From: Octopus bimaculoides
Taxonomy: Eukaryota
DNA length: 64,000 bases
Direction of reading: 5' to 3'
NCBI RefSeq assembly: GCF_001194135.2
Contig: NC_068981.1
Location: 22,264,811-22,328,810 of the forward strand
Below the pieces are notes generated by a model. That model did not search any database. It had not been told where the DNA came from and saw nothing but the letters and a program-made list of their open reading frames with translations. Below, one piece after another: positions 12,306 through 23,203 of the stretch; position 1 is the first letter of the stretch; each line of letters begins with the position of its first letter. The translations under genes and the position numbers were made by a program.

Positions 12306-14283
12306 TGAATAACAATATATAAATCTAGACTTACCCGACACATTTAAAAAAACAAATTAAACTTCAGTTTCTTTCTAAGTAGTTTCTTTTAAATTAAGCA
12401 ATTTTATTTTTTAAGAAAATATCATATTAAAAACAATAATAATAATAATAATAAGCACTGCATAAATAAGTAAAAATATTAGCTCTTCTAAAATACCACA
12501 AGTTTTATTTAGCAAACGAAAAACGTTTTCAATGCATTGTCAGTCATGTGCGGTTTATTTAAATATAATAAGTAAAATAATCACAATGAATTCATTCAGT
12601 AAAATATTTGACACCTAGTACACCTTTAAATGCATGAGCCTGTAGTAAGTTTTTAAAAAAAAGTAGTAATGCAAGTGAATGCAACATCGAGACGAAGCAA
12701 TTACAGGTGTGACGAACATCGAGAGGAGAAACACTTGTCAAGTTGTCACAGAATGTTTGATGATAAAACGGAAACAGTTCCTCCCACTTCACCCTCAGCC
12801 AATTCTATCGAATCGGCCAGCATCTTAACAATAACTTGCATTGCTGCTTTAGTCAAACAATGCAGCTCAAATGGCCCGCAAAATATGAATTTCTTGACAA
12901 AACTCATATCAGCAACACACTTTAACAATAATACGACGTGGCAAAGTAGTTAATGGCAACACGTTCATAGTAGTTGTATTTTTGTGCATCAGGTAATATT
13001 AATATGATTTACAAGGAAAGCAAATTTCAAAATTTTGTTGTTTAGCACCTGGTCAGCACTGAATAAACAAACCTATGATCAAAGGTATTTCCAACCACGA
13101 CTATCCCGTCTTTTTTTTTATATCTATGTTTATCTTTTTTTTCAAGATGGCTCGATGCTATTTGGTTGCTCTTTCTAGCAAGACGAGTCGCTCTGGAGAT
13201 TCCCTCGGTTTCGATAATTTCTTATGGTGTTAGATAAATAAATAAATACTATGTTAATTTATTGTCTATGTGTATTGGTGCTACGTCTGTTAATGCGTTG
13301 TTATGGAAAGAAGTGTGTTGAGATGAAGCAGACCTATGATTAAAGACGTTCCAGCCGTGTCCATCCTATCTTTTCTATAATCAGACGCATTTGTATCTAG
13401 GGGCACGTTCTCTAATGTGACCTTCCTTTTCCAAGAAAGTAAGATGTGATTTGAGAAATACTCATGAATGATGTCAGCAAGTGTGTAGTGATATCAATGG
13501 CTGTAGTGTTCTGTGATGTCAGTGGGAGTGTTGTGTCCCTAGATGTGTATCTGATGTGACCGTAGGTGTGTATATTGTGTTGCCGTGTCCGGGATTGTGT
13601 TGCGCTTGCTATATATCTTTAGGAGTGCATCTGCCGTGTCCATAGGTGTACTGTGATTCGTTTGGTCAGTGTTACTGTGTATCGATTGTCTTGTGATATA
13701 TTTGTTGTATTCTGTTGTGTATGAAGACGCAAGGAAAACAAACTGCCTTACAAAATGAAATGAATTATTTATTGCACAGATCAAATTCCTTGACGCAATT
13801 TCAAAATTTTCAAACTAAAACCGAATAAATTTCAACGATCAAAGAAAAAAAAAAACGCACAAGAAGACAAGAATAAAAAGTTCTAGATCACACCTATATA
13901 CCATACAAGGATAATTGAAGGGGAAGATGAATGGTATTTAGACAGACCACTTAAAATAACGATGACAAATAATGTATAGGCATTTGTATATTCTTGGTGG
14001 TGTGTTTGAAAAGTGCAGAATCATACACAAACAGCTTCAGTAGAAGAATGGGATGACACTCATTGTATTTGATAAATTAAGAATAACTACAGAAAAATGG
14101 AGACTTGAGCTATATAAGCCTGAATATAAGCAGAAAGTAAAAGGCGAATCTGTTCGAGAGATATCCGAAGTAAATAGAGGTAGACATAGATTTAAAGATA
14201 GCACGAAATAAAAAGATGGACAAACAGAACTTCACTTTCGCTTGCCACCGAACAAAATAGGTAAAAGCTTTAAATATATTATG

Positions 14284-14314
<31 letters not shown>

Positions 14315-14506
14315 TTTGTAAGACTCATTGTCTTTAAAAAAACACTAACACTGAAACCTAGCACTTTTAAGTGTGTATACACACACAGAGAAGATGTGTA
14401 TTGGGGCTACTTGTCCATAAAAACATGGTACAGGCACTTATAGAAGAAGAAAAAAACGTTCAGTACTAGACTTTAGAGTTTATATTTTATTAAAGAAAAT
14501 ACACAC

Positions 14507-14542
<36 letters not shown>

Positions 14543-15339
14543 CAGAGAGAGAGAGAGAGAGAGCAATTCAACAATATTAATCACACTTGCCTCCTCCCCC
14601 TAAAAAAAAAAAAAAAACATTTAAGTGGAAAGGCCATTACTATAGGATGATTTCGAAACCCATCTAGTATTAGTAACTTACTGATCTGATTTCAAAACCT
14701 ACTAAATACCGAACTTAACCTTTCATTACATCGGGGGTCACATAAATGAGGACCAGTATATAAGATCGGCTGTAAAAACTACACTTAATCGCACAAAACT
14801 GACCTTGCCACGGGCCAAAGAAAAACAAAGTCCTTACGTATATTGCATTAAAATAAATAAGCAACTGAGAAATCGGCTTTAAACAAAGCACTATATAATA
14901 TAGAAATGAAGTACACTATAGATTTTCTGTTCATTTAACAGTTTACAGTCTGAAGAATAGCAACGTACAGATTTCAAATCAAAACTACGGGATACCCAAT
15001 CAATGACTGAGAAAGCGGGTTTTGTTATATAACCGTTTCCATCCAAAGATACATACATTCTTTTCTGGTACCAGTCCTTGAGCAGTGAGTATGCTTAGGC
15101 ACTACCTTCAAGGTTACATATAGTTAATCCTACTGACCACAGCAGATGTAAACTAGTGCAATTCTAGCAACCTCGGAAGGGTGAAAGACGAAGTTGACAC
15201 CCGGGAAGACTTTGAACTCAGAAAGTAACCGAATACTACAAAGAAATTTGCCCGATGCTAGGCTGGTCTTGTCAGAAATAGAAAGATCGCTACATACACT
15301 CATATATATAACATATATTATAGTCTATATATATTCTTT

Positions 15340-15496
15340 TCTACTCTAGGTGCAATGCCCGAAAGTTTTGGGGAGGCGGGGCAGTCGATTAGATCGACCC
15401 CAGTACGCAACTGGTACTTAATTTATCGAACCCGAAAGAATGAAAGGCAAAGTCGACCTCGGCGGAATTTGAACTCAGAATATAAAGACAGACGAT
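15340..15496 (-). mobile_element. SINE family A, 5'-truncated
   Basis: Reverse complement of gttctgagttcaaattccgccgaggtcgactttgcc...aagtaccagttgcgtactggggtcgatctaatcgac. Confidence 0.8.
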
Positions 15497-17551
15497 ATAT
15501 TATAGTCCCTGTCTGTCTGTCTGTATGTATGTATGTAGAGAGTTGTTGGGCAGACCCATGACCGAACGCATTATAATGTGACTACCCCGTCTCCTCATAA
15601 ATAGTTTATCTTGGCCGCATTTATTCAATGTCCTTCAATATTTTAAATACAGTAAGGTTTGATTTGAAACAGATTAAGCAGATAATTCAAGCTATTGAAC
15701 GATCCTGTACAGGTTCCCTCACTTGTTATATATATATATATATAATAGGAATCTGACACATGGACTTCGCAAAGTACATCCTACTTTATCTAATCGAGGC
15801 ACTTATTCACTGCGAGTGCTCTATGACTTATTTGAAATTAGTCTATTTGATATAAACATCAAGTATACACACACACACACATAGTGGACAATCAGTTATC
15901 TTCGACAGAAACCTTCCCACTAGTGTCCAGTCATCAGATGACCGCATACAATGAGTAATTAGAAATAGAATAAACATTTTGAAAATGAACTATCATTCTT
16001 CAAACCGCAGCTGTGAACAATGATAATTAGTTAATAGAGACGGGCGCGAAAATACACTAAACTTTCTTCGGTTTGTTGCCCATAATAGCAGCTAGTCAAT
16101 ATATTTCGAATGAACGAGAGATAATAGTTTCTAGAAGACGAGGAGGGAGCTTGCAATCCGGTTTCGATTCCCTATAATTCTTCATCATTTATATCATTAA
16201 CCTTATTGTGAAATATATCATTTTGTTGTTGATTCATCGACAAAGATTATTTTCACACACGTCAACGATGAGGTTTCTACAAGGTTGTCCAGCGCGAAAT
16301 AGTAGCAAAATCTTCTTCAAATCATACCAATGTGACCACATTAGACAATGTACTCCCTGACATATATAAAAGGCGAGGGAACTATGTATGGAATGGCTTT
16401 GATCATCGATCTATAAGGGCCGACCAGGAGGAAAGCAACAATTAAATATCAACCAACGAGATGCCAGCACGCTAGAAAAAGCAGCCAAATATGCTCACTT
16501 CACAAAAATTCCTGTCTTAACGAAAGGACACATTAAATAATGCAGTTCTAGATATATTCTGCTTATGAAAATAAACGCGATGGTCACGGCTGGGATCGGA
16601 CCTAACCTAGGGCTGTGATTCCTTCTCCCACAACAATAGCCATTATATTTTCGACTATTACTAAATACCAATCTCCGAGGAAACCTGCAAGAAATAGCAA
16701 CGAAATTTCACTCGCATCACACCCTACAGTTATAAAATAAAGAAAGGACAAATATTGTCTTATACACTGTCTGAAAAAGAACGTGATGGTCACAGCTGAC
16801 AGCCTTTGATCAGTTTTGACCTAAGGCTAAACAACAATAATTTTTAGTTGTTACCTAGATACAACACTTCATATTATTCTATCTTGAGCAACCGAGAACA
16901 GAAGATAAATAGATAGGCGTCCATATATATATATATATATATGTGTGTCCATGTATACAAATGCAAACGCGCACATATTTTCTTTTGCAAATTTATAGGT
17001 GTACTAAGTTTTAAACATCCAGTAAAACAAAACTAACATGTGCAAATTGAAAATGCGTATATAACACACATGCATTTATATGCACAACATAAAAAACACA
17101 CATACAAATGTATATTACCGTATCAAGATTAGGATGCATGCAAGCATTAGGATTATATGTGTATATATGGCATCTACACACGCAATAAAGGTTTTTATAT
17201 TTTTATTTTTACTGTTGCAATAAATAAATACACATCGAAAGATCACATGGTATATGATGGGGGGGGGGGTTCATTTTAAAAACGGTTTTTGGCGTCATTG
17301 ACAATATGACTCAAGTTGGTAATTATGATCAGTCTCAATCCGGGAAATTAAATATATTTATGCAATCTGTTTTTTAAAGAACTTCTACATATGGTGTATA
17401 TACATATATACACGCATGATATATGTACATCTATCTATTTATCTACACACACACACAAAGGATTATGGCTCTGTAGATTAACACAAAGCAGATTTAAGGA
17501 AAAGTATGAAAGCATGGAAAAAATAAAAGAAATATTTAAAAATGGACGTAC

Positions 17552-17867
17552 CTAGTTCTTTGGCCATAAGTTTGTGTGTATCCAGGAATCCTAACTTGAT
17601 CGCTTCCATCACTTGATTGTCGTCGTTACTTTTCCAAAAAGATTCATATTTTATGATTTCTGCCAAAAGATGGTTCTTGGCAAAATTCGATGCCTCACCT
17701 CCGCCATGGCCGTCGAAGATGGCGAAGTAGGCAAACTCTGCTTGGCCCGTGTTAGGGTTTCTCTCAAAGTGGACAGCGTACGTGTCCTCCATGTGCTTGC
17801 GACCGCCTTGGTGTCCCGTCTCGGTGACTCGTAGATTGACACCGATTTTAGCGCAATTTTTCGCCAT
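17552..17867 (-). CDS. PPM1D: First coding exon of PP2C-family phosphatase PPM1D/Wip1 (partial CDS)
   Basis: MAKNCAKIGVNLRVTETGHQGGRKHMED...FAIFDGHGGGEASNFAKNHL...AIKLGFLDTHKLMAKEL. Contains PP2C metal-binding motifs (MED, DGHGG) and PPM1D-like QGGRK.MED and GF..TH..M.K.L. Ends G|gtacgt (phase-1 donor at 17551-17550); the ORF tail past this is intronic. Confidence 0.85.
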
Positions 17868-19481
17868 TCTGTTTTTTATAACCCAACTGACATACACAGT
17901 CAGTTGTTTCCAAGTTGTCTTTGAACGCCTGCTCTTTTTGTTTTGTGTCTATTTTCTATTATTATTTCAAATTACGTTGTTGTTTAAACATAGATTGATA
18001 CATTCATGCCTGTAATTTTTAATGACACTGAACGGAGATATGAGAATAAGAGGTGTTAAATGCTTATGCGGATTCGCTGACCATGCTGTCATGAGTTCGA
18101 AACTACACTTCAGTTCTTCCCAACAATGATGACGAAGTGAAAAAAAGGGAGTTCATAAAACTTTTAAAATCTGTGATTTTCACATGTATATTTTCTTTCG
18201 TGCAGTCTTAGCTTCAATGTCTTCAATCAGATTTAACAGAAATAAAATTGTTAACATAGGTTTCAGAAATTCAGACTGTTTTTGTAGGAGCACAGGTGAT
18301 CATGAGAAGATGTGAAGATATTCTAAATTATGTATTTCTATCAGTTATAGAAGCATACACCTTTTGGGGGACCACTGGAAAGCCTGTGGGTAAACAATCG
18401 ACTACTCTTTTTTTTTTTTTTACAGTACATATATTAGGTGTAAAGGATTTAAGAAGAATCCGATCGGTATATCATAAGTTGTAGATCAGATCAATCTAGA
18501 TTTGTATCAAGAAAAATATAAATAGATCTGTAGAAATCCATTGTTTACAAGTATTGCGCTGTTTCTAGTCTTTTTACCCGCTTTCTTTTCACATTTTCAT
18601 CTCAATATTTTGCATTAGCGATGCAATCTGTCTGTCTCTCTCTCTCACTCTCTACAAGAGAAATTCCTGGAGACGGTTACATTTGAACATTGTTTTCCCT
18701 GAATATCACTTTAAGATGTTGCCAACCGGTCATGGTAATATCGGGAAGAAAATAACAAAACTCACACTCAGACACGCACGCACAAACACTATTAAGAAAG
18801 CTTTCTCTTACATACAGTACAGTTAATCCTCTCAACTGATCCCAGTGCTTCCCATACAGCCATCGGTATCCTGTAACGAAGCCATTATGTACACAGCATT
18901 AATCCTTTTCAGCTCGAAGGTTAAGTTCTTCCAATATCGGTGTTGGTATACGGGAACAGATAGTTAAAAAAATGTGGTAGGTGCAAGGGATGTGACGTCG
19001 TTTTATATCAGGAGTTGGTATGGAGCATCAAAGACTCGAGATGCGTTATGTGCAAACTGTTATGGATATAAATATATATATTATTTATATATTTGATGGC
19101 ACTGATCTTGACAAGCGGTAAGAAATCAGCCGGTGGAACACATCACGCAGCTTAACAGTTGTCAGGTCAGTAGATAGAGAGCAAAGTCTGTGTTAAAGAA
19201 TATATTTAGAAGCAAGCATGCTTTGAAGTTGTGGCGACGATAGTGAAAATGGTACAGCTCTTCTTGTGTGTGGCAGCCATCGAGCACTTGTGAAGACGTA
19301 TGCAGTTTCACACACATACAAACGGAGCGAGAGAACTTGGCATACTCACGCTGCAACAGTGAAACTTACGCACGCTTACATATACAGACACACATTGCAA
19401 CAGCCCAGGCAACCAACACATCCACAGCCGCACACAATAACTTTAACAACACACACTCCAAGCTGAAATAGAAGTCGCGTG

Positions 19482-19512
19482 CTGATTGGCTGTTACCCTT
19501 ATTTCTGATTGG
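19482..19512 (-). promoter_or_regulatory. Twin CCAAT (NF-Y-type) boxes, candidate PPM1D promoter
   Basis: ctgattgg at 19482-19489 and 19505-19512 (CCAATCAG on minus), about 1.6 kb upstream of the ATG; donor-like GTAAGT/GTGAGT on minus at about 19343-19369. Confidence 0.4.
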
Positions 19513-19777
19513 TTATAAGCTTCCCTCTAACCTGTTAAAGCTCTTTCTTGTAAACAACTCGCAATATTGACGAAACATTAAAAATCTATAAGTCTACAAC
19601 AGTTCTTCAGATCACTGCAGGCATTTTATTGGTGATTACGGTAAAGATACTGTCATCATTTCACTATGGACTGGGGCGAGAGGACCAGTTCATTTGTATA
19701 CGAAGTTTCGTTATCATTAAAAAGTCACAAACGCTTTCTTTAGCTGCTAGTAAAATGCATGTGTGTGTGTGTGTGTG

Positions 19778-19814
<37 letters not shown>

Positions 19815-20691
19815 GCATATACATGTGTGTGTATATATTTATATTCTCTCTCTCTCCTTTCTATATCTATGTATAATGCATGTGTGTATATGTGTATAAT
19901 ATTCTCTCATTCTTTCCCTCTCTCTCTTTCTCTGTATATATGTGTGTGTAGTAGAAAAAGAATGAAGAAACAAACAATTGGTATCTATCATACACACACA
20001 ACACACACATACATACACATGCACGTACACACACACACACACTGCCAAATGTTCGCTTCGCATCCACGAAGCCCAGGTTCAAGCCAACTGTGTGGCGTCT
20101 TGGATATATGTAATTTCCTACAGCCTTGAGTCAACTCATGCCTTGTCAGTGTAATTTAGACGGACACAAATTATATAAAATCCTGTATTTTAAAAGGTAC
20201 AGCGTTGTCACAGATTATTACGCTGATTCTACCTGAGAATTGTATTAAATGTACATGTTTGTAAAATACTCAGCTGCGTACTTGCTAATTCAATGAGCAG
20301 GCTATTAGTAGATCAGACGATTGGATTCTCGAAACTTACGAACCTTGTGTTTAGCCGTAAGGACTCTATTTGTATTTGTATATACTACCTGCGCCGTTTG
20401 TTTGTCTCCTTCCGTTATGTTCACTCACTTATTCCTAACAGCTTTTTGCCGTTGACGCCACCAAAATGAACAATCTTATCGTTAAAGGCTCGATATTGTT
20501 ACGGCTTTTGAACAATAACTGATGAGGGAAGAGTATGTCCAGGTTATGTGCGTGAATTTTCCGTGGGTTCTTTTGTCATACTGTGCAATTTTTAAAATAC
20601 CCACGTACACCACACCGAGCTAATGCACATATACATGTACACATGCATGCACACATACATGCATGCATGCGTACATACATACATACATACA

Positions 20692-20739
<48 letters not shown>

Positions 20740-20821
20740 CATACACACGTGCGTGAGTCATCTATGAGACCATAAGCCAGGGGAAAGATGCGCGCATATA
20801 TCTGTTAGTAGGGTGGGTATA

Positions 20822-20891
20822 TTATCCGAAATGTATAGTATTCAATATCCATCAGCCGTGATGGATATTGAATACTATACATTTCGGATAA
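20822..20891. repeat. Perfect 33-bp inverted repeat with 4-nt loop
   Basis: ttatccgaaatgtatagtattcaatatccatca-gccg-tgatggatattgaatactatacatttcggataa. Confidence 0.95.
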
Positions 20892-21407
20892 AAACCGAAG
20901 TTGACTTGGTTGTATGCTACATGCTTCTGCGAAACGCTTTAGGTCTCTATGTTGTTGCCAGCAGACAGAAAAACTTTCGGTCCTTCCACCGCTGACTTTG
21001 CGGAACATCCAACATGTTGCAGATGGAGGGTTAGATGTCTACACCAGGACTTGGCGGGTATTCACATCTGCTGAACACACAGGAGCCGAGTGAAACAAAG
21101 CACTTTGGTCAAGTACAGAATGCACCACCAGCTCAGGATTCGAATTCAACATACGCGCGCGCGCGCACACACATGCACACACACGTGCACACGCACTACA
21201 CACAGGTAAAATAGTACAAATGGAACGGGAGAATAATAGTTTAATATGAGAGGTAACAATAATTGATAGATAGATAGATACATACATACATACATACATA
21301 TTAATTTCCGTACGTTAAAACTTTGCCATTCTCTCACCATTTCAACTTTTTTCTTCCTTTTTGGCTCTACACATTTTTTTTTCATTCTCTCTCTAGTTCC
21401 ACTTATT

Positions 21408-21445
21408 CCTTTCTGTCGAAGAGCGTAGGCTCGAAACGTAAAAAG
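21408..21445 (+). ncRNA. Minimal hammerhead-like motif, core variant
   Basis: ttt-CTGTCGA-A-GAGC(gtag)GCTC-GAAA-CG-TA|aaa. A6 is replaced by T, stem II is perfect, and the palindromic ACGT stem III is present. Confidence 0.45.
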
Positions 21446-21533
21446 ACTTTTCCATTTTTCCCGAACGTCTAACAAATACGCTTGCTTGTTGTTCCTACGC
21501 CTGTCTTCGTCTTTGTTTTTCTATACATTTGAA

Positions 21534-21536
<3 letters not shown>

Positions 21537-21599
<63 letters not shown>
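21537..21599. repeat. (TA)n microsatellite abutting the HHR foldback
   Basis: Direct reading. Confidence 0.95.
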
Positions 21600-21601
<2 letters not shown>

Positions 21602-21767
21602 GTAAAAGTATGTGACACTTATTCGGTAGCTATGATAAAACTCCGAGTTTCGGATACTGTGGTGGGAACCCACGCCGCCATCTCTTCAGTTATCCGGCCA
21701 TCAATGGCATCCGAAACTCGGAGTTTTATCATGGCTACCGAATAAGTGTCACATACTTTTACAGATA
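21597..21767. repeat. Foldback with 59-bp arms (1 mismatch) containing a hammerhead motif; Penelope-like terminal-repeat remnant
   Basis: Arm 21597-21655 is the reverse complement of 21709-21767. Confidence 0.9.
21634..21695 (-). ncRNA. Type I hammerhead ribozyme motif
   Basis: Minus strand: GATAA-CTGAAGA-GATG..GTGG(gttc)CCAC..TATC-C-GAAA-CTC(g)GAG-TT|TTATC. Stem I GATAA/TTATC is perfect, stem III ACTC/GAGT is near-palindromic, one bulged C in stem II. Predicted cut between 21639 and 21638. Confidence 0.65.
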
Positions 21768-22049
21768 AATTCCTCTATTTACATATGTTTGTGTGTGTAT
21801 GCATACATATCTGTATACACACACATACACACACATGCTAAAGTTGCGTCTGTATGTGTGTACGGAAGAGATATTTGTATCAATCACCCAGCATATATGT
21901 ATATAAATATGCATATATACACATATGTGCTTATACATACGATGAAGCAAACTCCAAAGAGACTGGTGTTGGCTTGCATCATCCAGATTTTGTATCATTC
22001 AGTGAAATCGACAAAAAGTGTTGAGTGACCTTGCTGTGGGAAGTGGAAT

Positions 22050-22084
22050 ATCGAATGTTTCGGAGAGAGTCCTTCTTCAAGGAA
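22050..22084 (-). ncRNA. Decayed hammerhead-like motif
   Basis: Minus strand: cc-TTGAAGA-A-GGA(ctctc)TCC-GAAA-CA-TT; stem I not well formed. Resembles 63556-63595. Confidence 0.3.
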
Positions 22085-22208
22085 AAAGTAACAGGAGAAA
22101 AATTAAAGGGAGAGAGAGACAACAGAGCTGTACAGCCTCTCTCCGAATCATTGAATATTTCATTCCTCACGGGAAGTTTACTAAATCCTTTTTGTCGATC
22201 GTATATAT

Positions 22209-22380
22209 TTAATATATAAATCCCGTTCTGTCTGTTTGTGCGCTTATAACTCGAGTATTGTTCATCCGATAGCGCTGAAATTTTAAACATGGATACATGA
22301 GAGAGCAGGGTGTTCCATAATCTAAAAAGATTTTCAAAATTATCAGTTTCAAAGTGAGAATCGCTATTTTTGTAATCTTT
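22209..22380 (+). mobile_element. Helitron/Helentron-like non-autonomous fragment, copy 1
   Basis: taatatataaat..gttctgtctgt..gcgcttataactcgag..tccgat..gaaattt layout is typical of Lep1/DINE-1-type 5' ends; near-duplicate at 22838-23014. Confidence 0.45.
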
Positions 22381-22837
22381 TGTCCTATTTCTTCCGCCAT
22401 GTTGTTCATTAAAAGCAACGAGTTGCTCAGATAGCTGGCATATACCATTTCGCTGGCAACAAAGGGAGTACATGATGACAGTCAGCCAAAGCCGTCGCCA
22501 TGCTATCTCTCTTCTTTCCTCTCTTTGTCTCTCTCTCTCTGTCCCCCTCTCTCTATATGTAGAGGGCTCAATACGATTATCTAACTTAAAGCGACAGTCG
22601 TCAAATGCAAAAAGGGAAAGAACTGTTTATACATATATACATACATAAGGCAGTAGGGTGTTTTGAGGGAGATTTGGCCGCTATTTCTACCAGGTCTAGC
22701 TATTATGTAGAAGTCTCTCTGATTGGCTCATACATACATATATACATACATAAGACAGTAAGGTGTAATTTGATGGAGATTTGGCTGTTATTTCTACTAG
22801 GTCTTGCTACCATGTAGAGGTCTCCCTCATTGGCTCA

Positions 22838-23014
22838 TCTAATATATAAATACCGTTCTGTCTGTCTGTTTTTTGTGCGCTTATAACTCGAGTATTGTTC
22901 ATCCGATAGCGCTGAAATTTTAAGCAGGGATACACGAGAACACGGGGCGTTTCGTAATCTAAAAATATTTTCAAAATTGTCAGTTCCAAAGTGAAAATCG
23001 CTATTTTTGTAATT
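22838..23014 (+). mobile_element. Helitron/Helentron-like non-autonomous fragment, copy 2
   Basis: tctaatatataaataccgttctgtctgtctg...; clearly homologous to 22209-22380. Confidence 0.45.
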
Positions 23015-23163
23015 CTTATGGTCTGTCCATCGGATGATTAAAACTTCCATAACACCGTCCAAGTTAACCCTCTTCATCTGTACAAACCGTCCAATGGACG
23101 GGGAACATTTGTTTATATATATATATATGTGTGTGTGTATGTGTGTGTGTGTGTGCGTGTGTG

Positions 23164-23203
<40 letters not shown>

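Noticed and set aside
12660-12960. GC-richer patch with 94-aa and 60-aa ORFs
   Set aside because: No recognisable domain or convincing splice-site pair.
16043-16299. Two E2F-like GCGCGAAA sites in PPM1D intron 1
   Set aside because: 8-mers without supporting context; could be chance.
17478-17551. C-terminal tail of the 139-aa ORF (TSIFKYFFYFFHAF...)
   Set aside because: Lies past a canonical GT donor and is AT-rich intron read-through.
17613-18015. Overlapping ORFs on + and in the alternate minus frame
   Set aside because: Shadow ORFs of the PPM1D exon.
19629-20129. 166-aa ORF and other YIYI/CVCV/HTHT/LSIY ORFs
   Set aside because: Translations of microsatellites.
20515-20560. CTGATGA-GGGA..TCC and the similar CTGATGAGGGATCGAAT at about 31856
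   Set aside because: No GAAA/stem III, so not a hammerhead as it stands.
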